64,000 nucleotides of DNA from Gammaproteobacteria bacterium (lineage in GTDB: Bacteria; Pseudomonadota; Gammaproteobacteria; JABABF01), in contig OZ250153.1 of the NCBI GenBank assembly GCA_965237805.1, positions 1,120,001 to 1,184,000 of the forward strand, given 5' to 3'. A program made the position numbers and the translations under genes. Below are positions 37,411 through 48,552 of the stretch, one piece after another (the first letter of the stretch is position 1; every line of letters begins with the position of its first letter). Under the pieces are notes generated by a model that was not told where the DNA came from, searched no databases, and saw only the letters and a program-made list of their open reading frames with translations.

Positions 37411-38178
37411 TCAGCGCTTCGAGAAAAACTCGTCGACGACTTGCTTGACCGCGTTGTCGACCGCTAGCGAGATCGCTTTTTTGCGTGAGCTGGCAACCGT
37501 GATGATGGAACCGTCCCGCGCACGATTGGGGATGCCCTCCTCACAGGCATCTACCATTCCGTAGCCGATAGCCTGCCCAGCGTATTTCACTGTCGCGGTC
37601 TGTACCTCAATCAGCTGCAGCTGCAGCGTTGCTGTGATTTCCACCACTTGGCAGGCCACTGTGATTCGGTAGGGGCTCAGGTCGGGGTTATAGCCGGAAT
37701 TGAGCTCATTTTGGACGTGCAGTAGGTTGATGTCGTGGTGCCAAATATGAGCCTCGTATGACACTTGGCCTGAGGCGACGTGATCAAATCCGATCAGTCT
37801 GCCCACCTGCGCCGCATTCGCCAGCTGTATATCGTTCAGGTTGCCGGTCTCGCGCCTGCCCAAGAGGCGATTCAATTTTTTGCGACCGAGCACATTGAAG
37901 AAGGGCTGGCCTGCAACTTTTTTACGGCTCATGGCACGGGTGAGCTTCGTGGCGGCGATACCGGTACCCAGCGCCCCCCGCCACTGTTTGTTGTAATGTT
38001 CCTCGAATGGAAAGATGGCGATCCGCGCCCCTTGGGGCAATGCATAGGAGACAGGTTCAGCGGGCGGCGCGGCGAGCTGCTCCGACGGCACGCCACCGCA
38101 GGCCGTCCCCAGCAGCGTCGCGAGGGTGATGGCCAGGAAAAGTAGCACCGGGGAGCGGGAGTTTTGCTTGGCGGGCAT
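37411..38178 (-). CDS. lipoprotein, CsgG/HfaB-like fold suspected
   Basis: GTAC lipobox, RIAIFPF, AAQVGRLIG.D, QLIEVQTA. Confidence 0.6.
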   Translation of the reverse strand: MPAKQNSRSPVLLFLAITLATLLGTACGGVPSEQLAAPPAEPVSYALPQGARIAIFPFEEHYNKQWRGALGTGIAATKLTRAMSRKKVAGQPFFNVLGRKKLNRLLGRRETGNLNDIQLANAAQVGRLIGFDHVASGQVSYEAHIWHHDINLLHVQNELNSGYNPDLSPYRITVACQVVEITATLQLQLIEVQTATVKYAGQAIGYGMVDACEEGIPNRARDGSIITVASSRKKAISLAVDNAVKQVVDEFFSKR

Positions 38179-38492
38179 TTGCTGATGGTGGGGCTGACGG
38201 TGGCGCGTTGGCTTGTTTGTTGCTGCCCCGTACTATAGCGGCATACAGGAGTGGCATCACAGGCGCGCGGTCATCGATCTTCCCCTGTTGGTATCGAGTG
38301 CCCGCGGTGGCGGGTGGCAATCAATTTGTCTTCGACGCAGCTGTAGCTCCGGGCAGCTGTTGCCTGGGGGGCTCGATGATTGCCGCGCAGCTCTCGGTGT
38401 CCGAGGTGCAGGAGCGAGACCATGCTTTCCTCCCTGCTAAAATCTCTCTACTTCGCCTCCCGTGCGCTTTTGTTGGCCGCGTTTCCCCCGCT

Positions 38493-40250
38493 ATGAAACA
38501 AGCCATCGTCGAGTTGCTCAAGGCCGGGATGCGGCAGTTGCAGGCCGCCGGGCAATTGCCCGCCAGCGCCGAGCTCCCCACCCCGCGCGTCGAACGCCCG
38601 CGCGCGGCGGTGGGGGGCGATTACGCCAGCAACGCCGCCTTTTTGCTCGCCCCCTTGCTCGGTGCCAAGCCGCGTGAGGCCGCCGAGCAGCTCTGTGGTG
38701 TCTTGCAGCTGCCGCCGGAGATCCAGCGGGTCGAGGTGGCGGGCGCGGGCTTTCTCAACTTTTTCTCCAGCGAGGCGGCGGAGTTCGCCGTGCTGCGCGA
38801 GGTGCTGGATGCCGGTGCGGACTATGGCTGCGCCGCACGCAATGGCCGTAGTGCACTGGTGGAGTTTGTCTCGGCCAATCCCACCGGGCCGCTCCATGTG
38901 GGACATGGCCGCGGGGCGGCCTACGGTGCCAGCCTCGCCAACATGCTTGCGGCGGCTGGCTATGAGGTCAGCTGTGAATACTATGTCAACGATGCTGGCC
39001 GTCAAGCGGATTTGCTGGGGCTCAGCGGTTGGCTGCGCTATCTGCAGCTGCGCGGCGTGGCGCTGGACTTTCCCGACGGCGCCTATCGCGGCGACTATCT
39101 GCAAGCACATGCCGAGGCGCTGGCTGACAAGTGGGGCGATGAGTTGTGTGTTGCAGCCGATTCCCTACCAGCTCGTGGTGTTGCGGCGGGGGCGGAGCCA
39201 GAGAGCGACGATGCCTATCTGGACCGGCTGATCGTCGCCGCTCGCGAGGCGCTGGGGGCGGCTTTCGATGATGCCCGCGATTTTCTGCTGGAGCGGGTGC
39301 GCAGCGGCATCCAAGCCGAGCTCGAGGCCTGTGGCGTGTACTACGACCGCTGGTTTTCCGAGCGCGAGCTGCTCGCAGAGGGTGCTGTGGAGCGCGCTGT
39401 GGAGCGCCTGCGCGAGGCCGGTGCAGTCGAGCAGCGCGAGGGTGCGCTGTGGTTCCTGGCCAGCCGTCACGGCGACGACAAGGATCGGGTGCTGCGCCGC
39501 AGCGATGGGCGTTTTACCTATTACGCCGCCGACATCGCCTACCACTTGAATAAATTCGAGCGTGGCTTCGATTTGGCGGTCAATGTCTGGGGTGCAGATC
39601 ACCACGGCTATATCGCGCGTCTGCGCGCCGCACTGGAGCAGCTGGGCATTGAGCGAGCGCGGCTCGATATCCACTTGGTGCAGTTTGTCGCGTTGTGTCG
39701 TGGTGGCGAGCGGGTGCAGATGTCCACTCGCAGCGGCGAATTCGATAGCTTAGAGCAGCTGCGCGAGGAGGTCGGCCGCGATGCGACGCGTTTCTTCTAT
39801 GTCATGCGCCGCGCCGACCAGGCGGCCAACTTCGATTTGGAGTTGGCCTGCTCCAACAGCCGCGACAACCCGGTCTACTACATCCAATACGCCCACGCTC
39901 GGGTGTGCAGCCTCGACCGCGAGCTGGCCAAGCGCGAGCTGAGCCACGACCGCCAAGGTGGTCTGGCTGCCGTCGCCCTCTTGGTAGAAGAGGAGGAAAA
40001 AGCCTTGGCGCAGCGCGTGGCCGAATATCCGGAGCGGCTGGCGCGGGCGGCGGCACAGGCTCAGCCGCACGAGTTGGCCAACTATCTGCGCGAATTGGCG
40101 AGTCTATTTCACGCCTACTATCACCGCTGTCCGCTACTGGTCGACGATGCCGCCCTGCGCGATGCCCGTCTGTGTCTGGCCTATGCGGTGCGCCAGGTAC
40201 TCGCCAATGGTTGCGCCTTGCTCGGCGTGACGGCTCCGGAGCAGCTGTGA
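38493..40250 (+). CDS. argS: arginine--tRNA ligase
   Basis: EFVSANPTGPLHVGHGR, WGADHHGY, MSTRSG, YIQYAHAR. Confidence 0.97.
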   Translation: MKQAIVELLKAGMRQLQAAGQLPASAELPTPRVERPRAAVGGDYASNAAFLLAPLLGAKPREAAEQLCGVLQLPPEIQRVEVAGAGFLNFFSSEAAEFAVLREVLDAGADYGCAARNGRSALVEFVSANPTGPLHVGHGRGAAYGASLANMLAAAGYEVSCEYYVNDAGRQADLLGLSGWLRYLQLRGVALDFPDGAYRGDYLQAHAEALADKWGDELCVAADSLPARGVAAGAEPESDDAYLDRLIVAAREALGAAFDDARDFLLERVRSGIQAELEACGVYYDRWFSERELLAEGAVERAVERLREAGAVEQREGALWFLASRHGDDKDRVLRRSDGRFTYYAADIAYHLNKFERGFDLAVNVWGADHHGYIARLRAALEQLGIERARLDIHLVQFVALCRGGERVQMSTRSGEFDSLEQLREEVGRDATRFFYVMRRADQAANFDLELACSNSRDNPVYYIQYAHARVCSLDRELAKRELSHDRQGGLAAVALLVEEEEKALAQRVAEYPERLARAAAQAQPHELANYLRELASLFHAYYHRCPLLVDDAALRDARLCLAYAVRQVLANGCALLGVTAPEQL

Positions 40251-40810
40251 TGGTCAGCTCGAGTCAAAGTTCCGTGCGCCGTAGCCAGCGCCGCGTCGAG
40301 TCCCAAAAATCTATCCAGTGGGGGATGCTGGGGGCCGGTTTTGCCGCCGGGCTGATCGTCGGTGCCGTGTTGGCCTCGGTTTTGCGCCGTCCGCCGCCCG
40401 AGCTGCCGCCGCCCGAGCCCATCGCTGCCGCACCGCCCGTCGCTGTGTTGCAGTTCCACAAGCTGTTGCGCGAGACCGAGGTGACAGTGCCCACCGATCA
40501 AATCACCCCGTGGCAGTCGCGCGACCGCTCCGAACGTCTGTTGCAGGTGGGGGCTTTCCGCAGCTGGCACGAGGCAGAGCTGCTGCGCAGCAGGTTGTTC
40601 TCGCAACGGCTCAAGCCTTTTATCGACTCGGTGCAGAGCGATACCGGCACTTGGCATCGCGTCCAGCTCGGCCCCTTTGATACACTGCTACTGTTGCGCA
40701 CCACGCAGGATAAACTGATCGCACTCGAGTTGGACTCCATCGTCGTCTTGCGCGTGGCGGAGAGGACCGATGCGGGCACCGTCGAGGCCCCCTTAAAATC
40801 AACGCCATGA
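40250..40810 (+). CDS. SPOR domain protein (FtsN-like)
   Basis: one [19 protein letters not shown]; between argS and hslV. Confidence 0.85.
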   Translation: MVSSSQSSVRRSQRRVESQKSIQWGMLGAGFAAGLIVGAVLASVLRRPPPELPPPEPIAAAPPVAVLQFHKLLRETEVTVPTDQITPWQSRDRSERLLQVGAFRSWHEAELLRSRLFSQRLKPFIDSVQSDTGTWHRVQLGPFDTLLLLRTTQDKLIALELDSIVVLRVAERTDAGTVEAPLKSTP

Positions 40811-41361
40811 ACTCACTCCACGGTACCACTATCGTCTCGGTGCGCCGGAGCGGTCGCGTCGCGGTCGCCAGCGATGGCCAGGTGACACTCGGCAGCTCGG
40901 TGGTCAAGGGCAATGCCGACAAAGTGCGCCGCCTGTACAACAACACGGTGTTGGTCGGCTTTGCTGGCGGTGTTGCCGACGCGATGACGCTGACCGAACT
41001 GTTCGAGGCCGAGTTGGAAAAGTACCGCGGCCATTTGGTGCGTGCCGCGGTGGAATTGGCCAAGACCTGGCGCACCGAGCGGGCGCTGCGCCGCCTCGAG
41101 GCGCTGTTGGCGGTGGCCGACATCAAGACTTCGCTACTGATCAGCGGCACCGGCGAGGTCATCGAGCCGACGGATGGCATCCTCGCCATCGGCTCCGGCA
41201 GCGATCCGGCGTTGGCGGCTGCCCGCGCCCTGTTTGCGCACACTGAGCTGGCTGCCCGCGAGGTGGCGGTGGCGGCCTTGGCGGTGGCCGCCGAGATCTG
41301 CATCTATACCAATACGCACCTCTGCGTCGAGGAGCTGGGGCATGACGGCGATGACAGCTAA
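40807..41361 (+). CDS. hslV: ATP-dependent protease subunit HslV
   Basis: [27 protein letters not shown]. Confidence 0.96.
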   Translation: MNSLHGTTIVSVRRSGRVAVASDGQVTLGSSVVKGNADKVRRLYNNTVLVGFAGGVADAMTLTELFEAELEKYRGHLVRAAVELAKTWRTERALRRLEALLAVADIKTSLLISGTGEVIEPTDGILAIGSGSDPALAAARALFAHTELAAREVAVAALAVAAEICIYTNTHLCVEELGHDGDDS

Positions 41362-42724
41362 GTTGGCGGCGGCAGAGCGCGAGGCTCGCGACTTGACGCC
41401 GCGCGAGATTGTCGTTGCTCTGGACAAGCACATCATCGGCCAAGTTGCCGCCAAGCGCGCCGTTGCCATCGCCCTGCGCAACCGCTGGCGCTCCCGCCAG
41501 CTGTCCGACGAGCTGCGCGCTGAGATCACGCCCAAAAATATTCTGATGGTCGGCCCTACCGGGGTGGGCAAAACGGAGATCTCGAGGCGCTTGTCGAAAT
41601 TGACCGGAGCGCCGTTCATCAAGGTCGAGGCGACCAAGTTCACCGAGGTCGGCTATGTCGGCCGGGATGTGGAATCCATCATCCGAGATTTGGCCGAGGC
41701 GGCTTTCAAGATGCTGCGTGAGCAGGCGATGGGGCAGCTGCGCGAGCGCGCCAAAGGCGAAGCCGAGGATCGCATCGTCACAGCGCTGCTCGGCGGCAGC
41801 AGCAATGCCGCGCAGCCGGATAACCAGGACCGGCGTCTGGCGTTGTTGCAGCAGTTGCGGCGCGGCGATTTGGACGACAAAGAGATCAAGGTCAATGTGC
41901 GCAAAGGGCCGGTAAACATCGACATCGCGATGCAGCCCGGCATGGAGCGCCAGGGCGTGGAGGAGGCCACGCAGCAGATTCAGAATATGCTGTCGAATTT
42001 TGCTGGCAAGAACACCCAGGAGCAGCGCCGCATGAAAGTGCGCGACGGCATCAAGCTGATCGAAGAGGAAGAGGCCGCGCGCATGATGGACAAAGACGGC
42101 CTGCGTCAGCGCACCGTCGAGCTGGTGCAGACCCAAGGCATTGTCTTCATCGACGAGATCGACAAAGTGACACACCGCTCTGGCTACGACGGTGGCAATA
42201 TGCAGGTCTCGCGTGAGGGGGTGCAGCGCGATCTGTTGCCGCTGATCGAGGGCTCCACGGTCAAGACCAGCCACGGCATGATCCACACCGACCATATCTT
42301 GTTCATCGCCTCCGGCGCTTTTCACCTGAGCAAGCCCTCGGACTTGATTCCAGAATTGCAGGGGCGCCTGCCCATTCGGGTGGAGATGCAGCCCTTGGGT
42401 GTCGAGGAATTCGAGCGCATCTTGGTCGAGCCGGATTACTCGCTGACCGAGCAGTACCAAGCCCTGCTCGCCACTGAAGGGCTGCAGCTGCGCTTCACTA
42501 CAGATGGCATCAAACAGCTGGCGGTCGCCGCCTCGGAGCTGAACGAGCGCATCGAAAATATCGGTGCCCGCCGCCTGCATACGATCATGGAGAAATTGCT
42601 TGAGGATGCCTCTTTCTCGGCGGCGGAATCGGAGGGGGGTGAGCTGGTGGTCGACGCCGCCTATGTCGATGGGCAACTCGGTGAATTGACCGAGGAGCAG
42701 GAATTGCGCCGCTTCATTCTCTGA
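41351..42724 (+). CDS. hslU: ATP-dependent protease ATPase HslU
   Basis: [34 protein letters not shown]. Confidence 0.96.
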   Translation: MTAKLAAAEREARDLTPREIVVALDKHIIGQVAAKRAVAIALRNRWRSRQLSDELRAEITPKNILMVGPTGVGKTEISRRLSKLTGAPFIKVEATKFTEVGYVGRDVESIIRDLAEAAFKMLREQAMGQLRERAKGEAEDRIVTALLGGSSNAAQPDNQDRRLALLQQLRRGDLDDKEIKVNVRKGPVNIDIAMQPGMERQGVEEATQQIQNMLSNFAGKNTQEQRRMKVRDGIKLIEEEEAARMMDKDGLRQRTVELVQTQGIVFIDEIDKVTHRSGYDGGNMQVSREGVQRDLLPLIEGSTVKTSHGMIHTDHILFIASGAFHLSKPSDLIPELQGRLPIRVEMQPLGVEEFERILVEPDYSLTEQYQALLATEGLQLRFTTDGIKQLAVAASELNERIENIGARRLHTIMEKLLEDASFSAAESEGGELVVDAAYVDGQLGELTEEQELRRFIL

Positions 42725-42732
42725 TCGGGACC

Positions 42733-43488
42733 ATGGACGACGAGGGACGAGTCGCTTTCGGCTATCGCCGCGTGGCGCCGGATGAAAAGACACGGCTGGT
42801 CGACGGTGTGTTCAGCTCCGTCGCCAGTCGCTACGACTTGATGAACGACCTGATGTCGGGCGGCTTGCACCGGCTGTGGAAGCGTTGTGCGGTCGAGTTG
42901 AGCGCTGTGCGCGCTGGCCAGAGGGTGCTTGATTTGGCGGGTGGCAGCGGTGATATGACGGCGTTGCTGGCACCGAAGGTGGCAGCTGGGGGGCGCATCG
43001 TGCTGGCTGACATCAACCGCGACATGCTCGTGCGCGGTCGTGATCGCTTGGCGGATCGGGGGCTTGTCTCCGGCATTGATTTCGCACGCGTCAACGCCGA
43101 GCAGCTGCCCTTTGCCGATCACAGCTTCGATCTGGTCTGCATCGCTTTCGGTCTGCGCAATGTCTCCAACCAGAACACCGCGTTGGCCGAGATGCGGCGG
43201 GTGCTGCGCGTCGGCGGGCGGGCGGTGATTTTGGAGTTCTCCCAACTGGCGGTGCCGTCGAAGTGGCTCGGACGGCTTTACGACGCCTACTCGATGCGGG
43301 TGCTGCCAGCGCTCGGCAAGCTGGTTGTTGGCGATAGCGACAGCTACCGCTATCTGGCGGAATCGATCCGCACCCATCCCGGCCAACAGCAGCTGTTGGA
43401 GATGATGCGCGAGGTGGGTTTCGCTGACTGCGATTACCACAATCTCAGCGCTGGCATCGTCGCCATCCACCGTGGCTTCCGCATATGA
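42733..43488 (+). CDS. ubiE: ubiquinone/menaquinone C-methyltransferase
   Basis: YDLMNDLMS.GLHRLWK, FGLRNV, YLAESIR. Confidence 0.96.
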   Translation: MDDEGRVAFGYRRVAPDEKTRLVDGVFSSVASRYDLMNDLMSGGLHRLWKRCAVELSAVRAGQRVLDLAGGSGDMTALLAPKVAAGGRIVLADINRDMLVRGRDRLADRGLVSGIDFARVNAEQLPFADHSFDLVCIAFGLRNVSNQNTALAEMRRVLRVGGRAVILEFSQLAVPSKWLGRLYDAYSMRVLPALGKLVVGDSDSYRYLAESIRTHPGQQQLLEMMREVGFADCDYHNLSAGIVAIHRGFRI

Positions 43489-44108
43489 GCGGTGCATCTT
43501 GGGTGCGGGGTGCGCATGGTGGTTCGCGCCGTGTGTTGGAAGTCACCATCAATGGCTTGCTGCGGCGACACCCGCCGGCCAGCGCTGGCCTCGCGGCGCT
43601 GGAGGGGCGGAGATTTTTGCTCTCATCAACCGAGCCGTCGGTGCAGCTGGTCTGCCGCATTGCCGGAGCCCAGCTCTGTTTGTTGTCGCCCGAGGCGGGG
43701 GAGGCTACGGAGTACTGTGCCGAGCTGAGCGGCGCGGGCGCGGCTTGGCGTCAGCTGTGGGAGGCGGCGGATTGGCGGGCGGCACTGGCGGATGGCGTGC
43801 TGGAGCTGCGTGGTGACACGGTGGCGGCGGGCGATTTGCTGGCGGCGTTGCAGAGCCTGAGGGAGATCGACTGGGAGCGGCCACTGGCGGAGCTGTGTGG
43901 CGATGTGGCCGCCCACCGCGTGGGTCGAGGTGCGCGCTGGTTGGCCCGCTCGCAGGCACAGGTCGGGCGCTCGCTGCGGCGTCAGCTGCGTGAATTTCTC
44001 GACGAGGAGACCACTGCCGAGCCATTGCGCAAGGGGGCGGCGGTGTTTTTCGATGCGGTGGGTCGAGGCGCTCGGCGCATAGCCGATGCCTTGGCGGCGC
44101 GCCGCTAG
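43485..44108 (+). CDS. ubiJ: ubiquinone biosynthesis accessory factor (divergent)
   Basis: between ubiE and ubiB; IDWE..LA..CGDVAAH. Confidence 0.75.
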   Translation: MSGASWVRGAHGGSRRVLEVTINGLLRRHPPASAGLAALEGRRFLLSSTEPSVQLVCRIAGAQLCLLSPEAGEATEYCAELSGAGAAWRQLWEAADWRAALADGVLELRGDTVAAGDLLAALQSLREIDWERPLAELCGDVAAHRVGRGARWLARSQAQVGRSLRRQLREFLDEETTAEPLRKGAAVFFDAVGRGARRIADALAARR

Positions 44109-45634
44109 TGCGCTCACTGTGGCGCGTCATCCATATCGCGGCGCGGCATCGTGCCGATACCATGCTCGTGCGCTGCCCACTGGTGCTGCGTGTGATCCTG
44201 CTGCTGTCGCCGCTGTCTTGGCGGGCGAATACGGCTCCGCGCGCCGAGCGCCTGCGCCACATGTTGGAGGATATCGGCCCGATCGGCGTTAAATTCGGCC
44301 AGGCGATCTCGACGCGCCGCGATCTGCTGCCTCCCGACATCGCCGATGCGCTGGCCGAGCTACAAGATCGTGCGGCACCTTTCCCGGACGACCAAGCGCA
44401 TGCACTGATGACCGCTGCGTTGGGCGATGCGCCGGAGCAGGTTTTTGCCCAGATCGATGCCGAGCCGATGGCTTCGGCCTCGGTGGCGCAGATTTACGGT
44501 GCCCGCCTGCACAGCGGTGAGGCGGTGGTCGTCAAGTTGTTGCGCCCCGGAGTGGAGCGCATGGTGGAACGAGACTTGGGCCTGCTCGCTACGGCCGCGC
44601 GCTGGCTCGAGCGGCTGGTGCCAGCCAGCCAGCGGCTGCGGCCGATAGAGGTTGTCGAGCGCTATCGCACGGCGGTTCGGCGCGAGATGAATCTGCTGAT
44701 CGAGGCGGCCAACAGCTCACAGCTGCGCCGCAACTTCGCCGACTCGCCCTTGCTCTATGTGCCCGCTGTGCACTGGCAGCTATCGAGCCGCTCGCTGCTG
44801 GTCATGGAGCGCATCGACGGCGTGCCGATTGACGATATCGACGAGCTGCGCCAGCGCGGCGTCGATTTGGCGCTGCTCGCCAAGCGCGGCGTGGAGATCT
44901 TCTTCACCCAAGTGTTTGACCACAATTTCTTCCACGCCGATATGCATCCTGGCAATATCTATGTCGATTCCAGCGATCCCGACGATCCGCGCTACTTTGC
45001 CTTGGATTGCGCGGTGATGGGGTCGCTCAGCGCGAGCGATCGCTACTATCTGGCGCGCAATATGTTGGCGGTATTCGAGCAGGACTACCGGATGGTGGCG
45101 GAGCTGCATGTGGAGTGTGGCTGGGTGTCGCCGGACACGGAGCTGCACGCGCTTGAGGATGCCGTGCGTGTTGCCTGCGAGCCGATCTTCGCCCGTCCGC
45201 TGGGCGAGATCGAATTTGGCTTGCTACTGGCGAGTTTGTTTGAGACGGCACGCGCTTTCGACATGGAGGTGCAACCCTCGTTGGTGCTGTTGCAGAAGAC
45301 GCTGCTGCAGGTGGAAGGTCTGGGGCGCCAGCTCTATCCCGAGCTCGATTTCTGGACCATCGGGCGACCGCTGTTGCGGCGCTGGATGGCCCGCCGCTTG
45401 GCACCGAAGACGCTCTATCGGGGGTTGCGTCGCCGCCTGCCGGGCTTGGTCGAGCAGGCCGCTCAGATCGGTGACAGGCTGCTGTTGGCAGTCGATGGCG
45501 AGACCGCCGACCGCCGCGAGGCGCAGCGGCTGCGTCGGTCGCTGCGACGTTTGCGGCGGCGCTTCGCCTGGGTGGTGCTGCTGTGGTTGGCGAGTGCCGC
45601 CGCCGCGTGGTGGTATTGGCAGCAAATCGGCTGA
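44108..45634 (+). CDS. ubiB: ubiquinone biosynthesis kinase-like protein
   Basis: VKFGQ.ISTRRD, ASASVAQ, FHADMHPGN, LVLLQKT. Confidence 0.95.
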   Translation: MRSLWRVIHIAARHRADTMLVRCPLVLRVILLLSPLSWRANTAPRAERLRHMLEDIGPIGVKFGQAISTRRDLLPPDIADALAELQDRAAPFPDDQAHALMTAALGDAPEQVFAQIDAEPMASASVAQIYGARLHSGEAVVVKLLRPGVERMVERDLGLLATAARWLERLVPASQRLRPIEVVERYRTAVRREMNLLIEAANSSQLRRNFADSPLLYVPAVHWQLSSRSLLVMERIDGVPIDDIDELRQRGVDLALLAKRGVEIFFTQVFDHNFFHADMHPGNIYVDSSDPDDPRYFALDCAVMGSLSASDRYYLARNMLAVFEQDYRMVAELHVECGWVSPDTELHALEDAVRVACEPIFARPLGEIEFGLLLASLFETARAFDMEVQPSLVLLQKTLLQVEGLGRQLYPELDFWTIGRPLLRRWMARRLAPKTLYRGLRRRLPGLVEQAAQIGDRLLLAVDGETADRREAQRLRRSLRRLRRRFAWVVLLWLASAAAAWWYWQQIG

Positions 45635-45664
45635 GCTGTGCGATAATGACCGCCCGCCCCTCTC

Positions 45665-46099
45665 GTGCCCGCCATTGTGGAGCCCCTGTCTGAGGATGCG
45701 CGCCGAGCCCTGCGCTGGGACGGTGACGGTTTGGTGCCGGCAATTGTCCAAGATCGGCGTAGCGGTCGTGTGTTGATGCTCGCTTGGATGAATGCCGAGG
45801 CGCTCGACGAGAGCCTGAGCAGTGGTCGCGCCGTGTTCTGGTCGCGTTCGCGGCAGAGCCTGTGGCGCAAGGGCGAGTCTTCCGGTTGTTACCAAGAACT
45901 GCACGAGCTGCGCCTCGACTGCGATGGCGACGCGCTGTTGCTCAGCGTCGATGCGCGTCACGGCGTCGCCTGCCACACCGGTCGTGCCAGCTGCTTTTTC
46001 CGCTGCTACGATGGTGGCCAGTGGAACACGGTCGATCCGGTGCTGATTGATGCCGAGGAGTTATATCCGGATCGTGGGGGAGCGCTTGAAGATGGCTGA
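45665..46099 (+). CDS. hisI: phosphoribosyl-AMP cyclohydrolase
   Basis: WSRSRQ.LW.KGE.SG, DCDGD, ACHTG..SCF. Confidence 0.95.
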   Translation: MPAIVEPLSEDARRALRWDGDGLVPAIVQDRRSGRVLMLAWMNAEALDESLSSGRAVFWSRSRQSLWRKGESSGCYQELHELRLDCDGDALLLSVDARHGVACHTGRASCFFRCYDGGQWNTVDPVLIDAEELYPDRGGALEDG

Positions 46100-46472
46100 G
46101 GATATCCTGCAACGCTTGGATCAGCTACTGGCGGAGCGCCGTCGTAGCGGCGATCCGGGCAGCTCCTATACGGCTCGCCTGTACAATGAGGGCTTGGATG
46201 CGATCCTGCGCAAGATCGGCGAGGAGAGCGTGGAGGTGGTGTTGGCGGCCAAATTGGTGGAGGCCGCCGAAGCGGGAACCGCCGCGGGGGGGGCAGACCG
46301 GACGGGTGGCGATGAGCTGTCGCGCGCCGAGTTGCGCGCCGAGGTGGCCGACCTCTGGTTCCACTGTTTGGTCATGTTGGCGTATATGGGTGAAGATAGC
46401 ACTGGGGTGCTGGAGCTGCTGGAGCGGCGGCGTTCCGGCGCTACGGCGACCGTGCCGCCTGCTAAGGGCTAG
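46092..46472 (+). CDS. hisE: phosphoribosyl-ATP diphosphatase
   Basis: SSYT, KIGEE..E, EVADLWFH. Confidence 0.93.
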   Translation: MAEDILQRLDQLLAERRRSGDPGSSYTARLYNEGLDAILRKIGEESVEVVLAAKLVEAAEAGTAAGGADRTGGDELSRAELRAEVADLWFHCLVMLAYMGEDSTGVLELLERRRSGATATVPPAKG

Positions 46473-46496
46473 TGAAGATCGCAGAGAGGAAGCGCT

Positions 46497-46715
46497 ATGG
46501 GAAATATCGGCATCTGGCAACTGCTACTGGTCTTGGCCATCGTCCTACTGCTGTTCGGCTCACGCCGGCTGCGCGGTCTCGGCGGTGATCTTGGCAAGTC
46601 GATTCGCGGTTTTCGCGAGGGGTTGCGCGGCGACGCTGAGGGCAGTGCAATGTCTGAGGACAGCGATGTCGCGCAGCGCGAGGCGGACGAGAAGCGTGAG
46701 GCGGGCGGCGACTGA
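46497..46715 (+). CDS. tatA: twin-arginine translocase TatA
   Basis: IWQLL...LLFG...LG.DLGKSIRGF. Confidence 0.95.
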   Translation: MGNIGIWQLLLVLAIVLLLFGSRRLRGLGGDLGKSIRGFREGLRGDAEGSAMSEDSDVAQREADEKREAGGD

Positions 46716-46747
46716 GTGCCCGCCGTAGCGCCGCCGGAGAAGGCGCT

Positions 46748-47083
46748 GTGTTTGATATCGGTCTAAGCGAGCTATTATTGCTCGGCACCATCGCACTGAT
46801 CGTGATACGTCCCGAGCAGTTGCCCGGTGTTGCCCGTGCGCTGGCGCGCCTCATTGGGCGGGCTCAGCGCGGCTTCAATGCGGCGTTGCGCGGGGCGGAG
46901 CGGGAGCTCGGCATCGAGGAGGTGCGCCGCGAACTGCGCAACGAGGCCATCGTCCAAGACATCGACGGTGCCGAGGCCGAGATGCGCAAGTTGCAGGCCG
47001 AATTGCGTGCTGAACTGCGTCCGGGAACCGAGCCGCGCCCGGTGATAGAGCCAGACGATGCCGCCAGTGACGGATCGCACTGA
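46748..47083 (+). CDS. tatB: twin-arginine translocase TatB
   Basis: MFDIGLSELL...PEQLP. Confidence 0.93.
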   Translation: MFDIGLSELLLLGTIALIVIRPEQLPGVARALARLIGRAQRGFNAALRGAERELGIEEVRRELRNEAIVQDIDGAEAEMRKLQAELRAELRPGTEPRPVIEPDDAASDGSH

Positions 47084-47090
47084 CACCGCT

Positions 47091-47843
47091 ATGCCAGCGC
47101 CGGACGAAGATAGGCCGCAGCCGCTGTCGGAACACTTCCGCGAGCTGCGCACACGGTTTTTGCGTTGCGCTATCGCGGTGCTGTTGGCTTTCCTCGCCCT
47201 GCTGCCCTTTGCCCGGCAGCTGTATGAGTTGCTGTCGGTGCCGCTCACGCGCCTGCTGCCGCCCGGCAACTCGATCATCGCCATTGAGGTCGCTGCGCCG
47301 CTGATGATCCCGCTTAAGCTGGCGCTGAGCGGGGCGGTCTTCGTGGCCGCACCCTATCTGCTCTATCAGCTGTGGGTTTTCACCGCGCCGGGCCTCTACC
47401 GACATGAGAAAACTTTTGCGCGCGCGTTGCTCGCCTGTAGCGTCGTCCTGTTCTACGCCGGGGCAGTGTTCTGCTACGCGGTGGTCTTGCCACTGGTGTT
47501 TGGATTTTTCACCGGCATCATCCCAGACAGCGTGGCGATGATGACCGATATGCGGCATTACTATGATTTCGTCTTGCGGCTGTTCCTGCTCTTCGGGCTC
47601 GCCTTCGAGGTGCCCGTCGCCGTGTTGTTGTTGATCAAGGCTGGGATCGCCGATGTCGCTGCACTGCGGCGCTCACGACCCTATATCATCGTCGGCGCTT
47701 TCGCCCTATCGATGCTGGTCACCCCGCCGGATGTGCTCTCACAGATCTTGTTGGCGGTGCCGGTCTGGCTGCTGTATGAGATTGGCCTGCTGTTGGGCGC
47801 GCGCCTGTCGCCGCCCGCCTTAGGTCAAGTGGTGGATGAATGA
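47091..47843 (+). CDS. tatC: twin-arginine translocase TatC
   Basis: HFRELR.R, APGLY..E, FEVP, TPPD..SQ; start may be 47058. Confidence 0.95.
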   Translation: MPAPDEDRPQPLSEHFRELRTRFLRCAIAVLLAFLALLPFARQLYELLSVPLTRLLPPGNSIIAIEVAAPLMIPLKLALSGAVFVAAPYLLYQLWVFTAPGLYRHEKTFARALLACSVVLFYAGAVFCYAVVLPLVFGFFTGIIPDSVAMMTDMRHYYDFVLRLFLLFGLAFEVPVAVLLLIKAGIADVAALRRSRPYIIVGAFALSMLVTPPDVLSQILLAVPVWLLYEIGLLLGARLSPPALGQVVDE

Positions 47844-47876
47844 CATGCCGCCCCCGGTGTCGGGTGACCAGCTGCC

Positions 47877-48464
47877 CTAGCACAGTGCTTGTGGCGACGA
47901 CTGGGTGCAGTTGTCATCGATGGGAAAGCGGGCTGGAATATGCTGGCTTGCGAGCGGATGGTAATGGCCACGATCTAGGAAGTAAGACAACCATTCGCCG
48001 AAGATACCGTCCAGTTTCCACTTTTCCTCAGCTGATAAGCACTCCTCTTCCACCCTTTGCCCGCCCTTGCCCTCGTGCCCGCCGTAGCGCACCACCTCGA
48101 CGCTCTTCAAGTCGTGGTAAATGTGTAGCGCCAACGACAGTGGCGGTGGCGGTGCCGCACTGTCGGCATCGCGTATCAGGGCGCATCGGTAGCTCTCGGT
48201 ATAAGGGCCTTTCGGTAGCGGTGCCAAACTCAGGTGCAGTCTCAGCTCCACGCTGCCCCGGTATTGGGCCGCCAGTGAAAAACGACGGCGGCCAGCACCG
48301 CCCGCTTCCAACAAGCGTTGCAGACGCAGGTAATTGAGATCCCTGAGCGCGAGCTGCTGCGCCAAGCTGCGGTGTCGGCGGAGGCGATTGATACCATGCC
48401 ATCTCCTGCACTGTTCGGGGTCGCGGTGCTGTGTGCAGTGTGGAGCGGGAGCGTGTTCGTGCAT
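47877..48464 (-). CDS. DUF1249 (YqiB-like) protein, start uncertain
   Basis: PYT, IYHD...EV, EKW.L..IFGEWL; divergent from tolC as yqiB is in enterobacteria. Confidence 0.7.
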   Translation of the reverse strand: MHEHAPAPHCTQHRDPEQCRRWHGINRLRRHRSLAQQLALRDLNYLRLQRLLEAGGAGRRRFSLAAQYRGSVELRLHLSLAPLPKGPYTESYRCALIRDADSAAPPPPLSLALHIYHDLKSVEVVRYGGHEGKGGQRVEEECLSAEEKWKLDGIFGEWLSYFLDRGHYHPLASQHIPARFPIDDNCTQSSPQALC

Positions 48465-48552
48465 GGCTTAATATTGTGGCGGTGTGGATGGCGGAGCGCA
48501 TTGCCAGCGGCTACGCGCCCGCTCCCCATGGCCATAATATAATGCCAATCAC

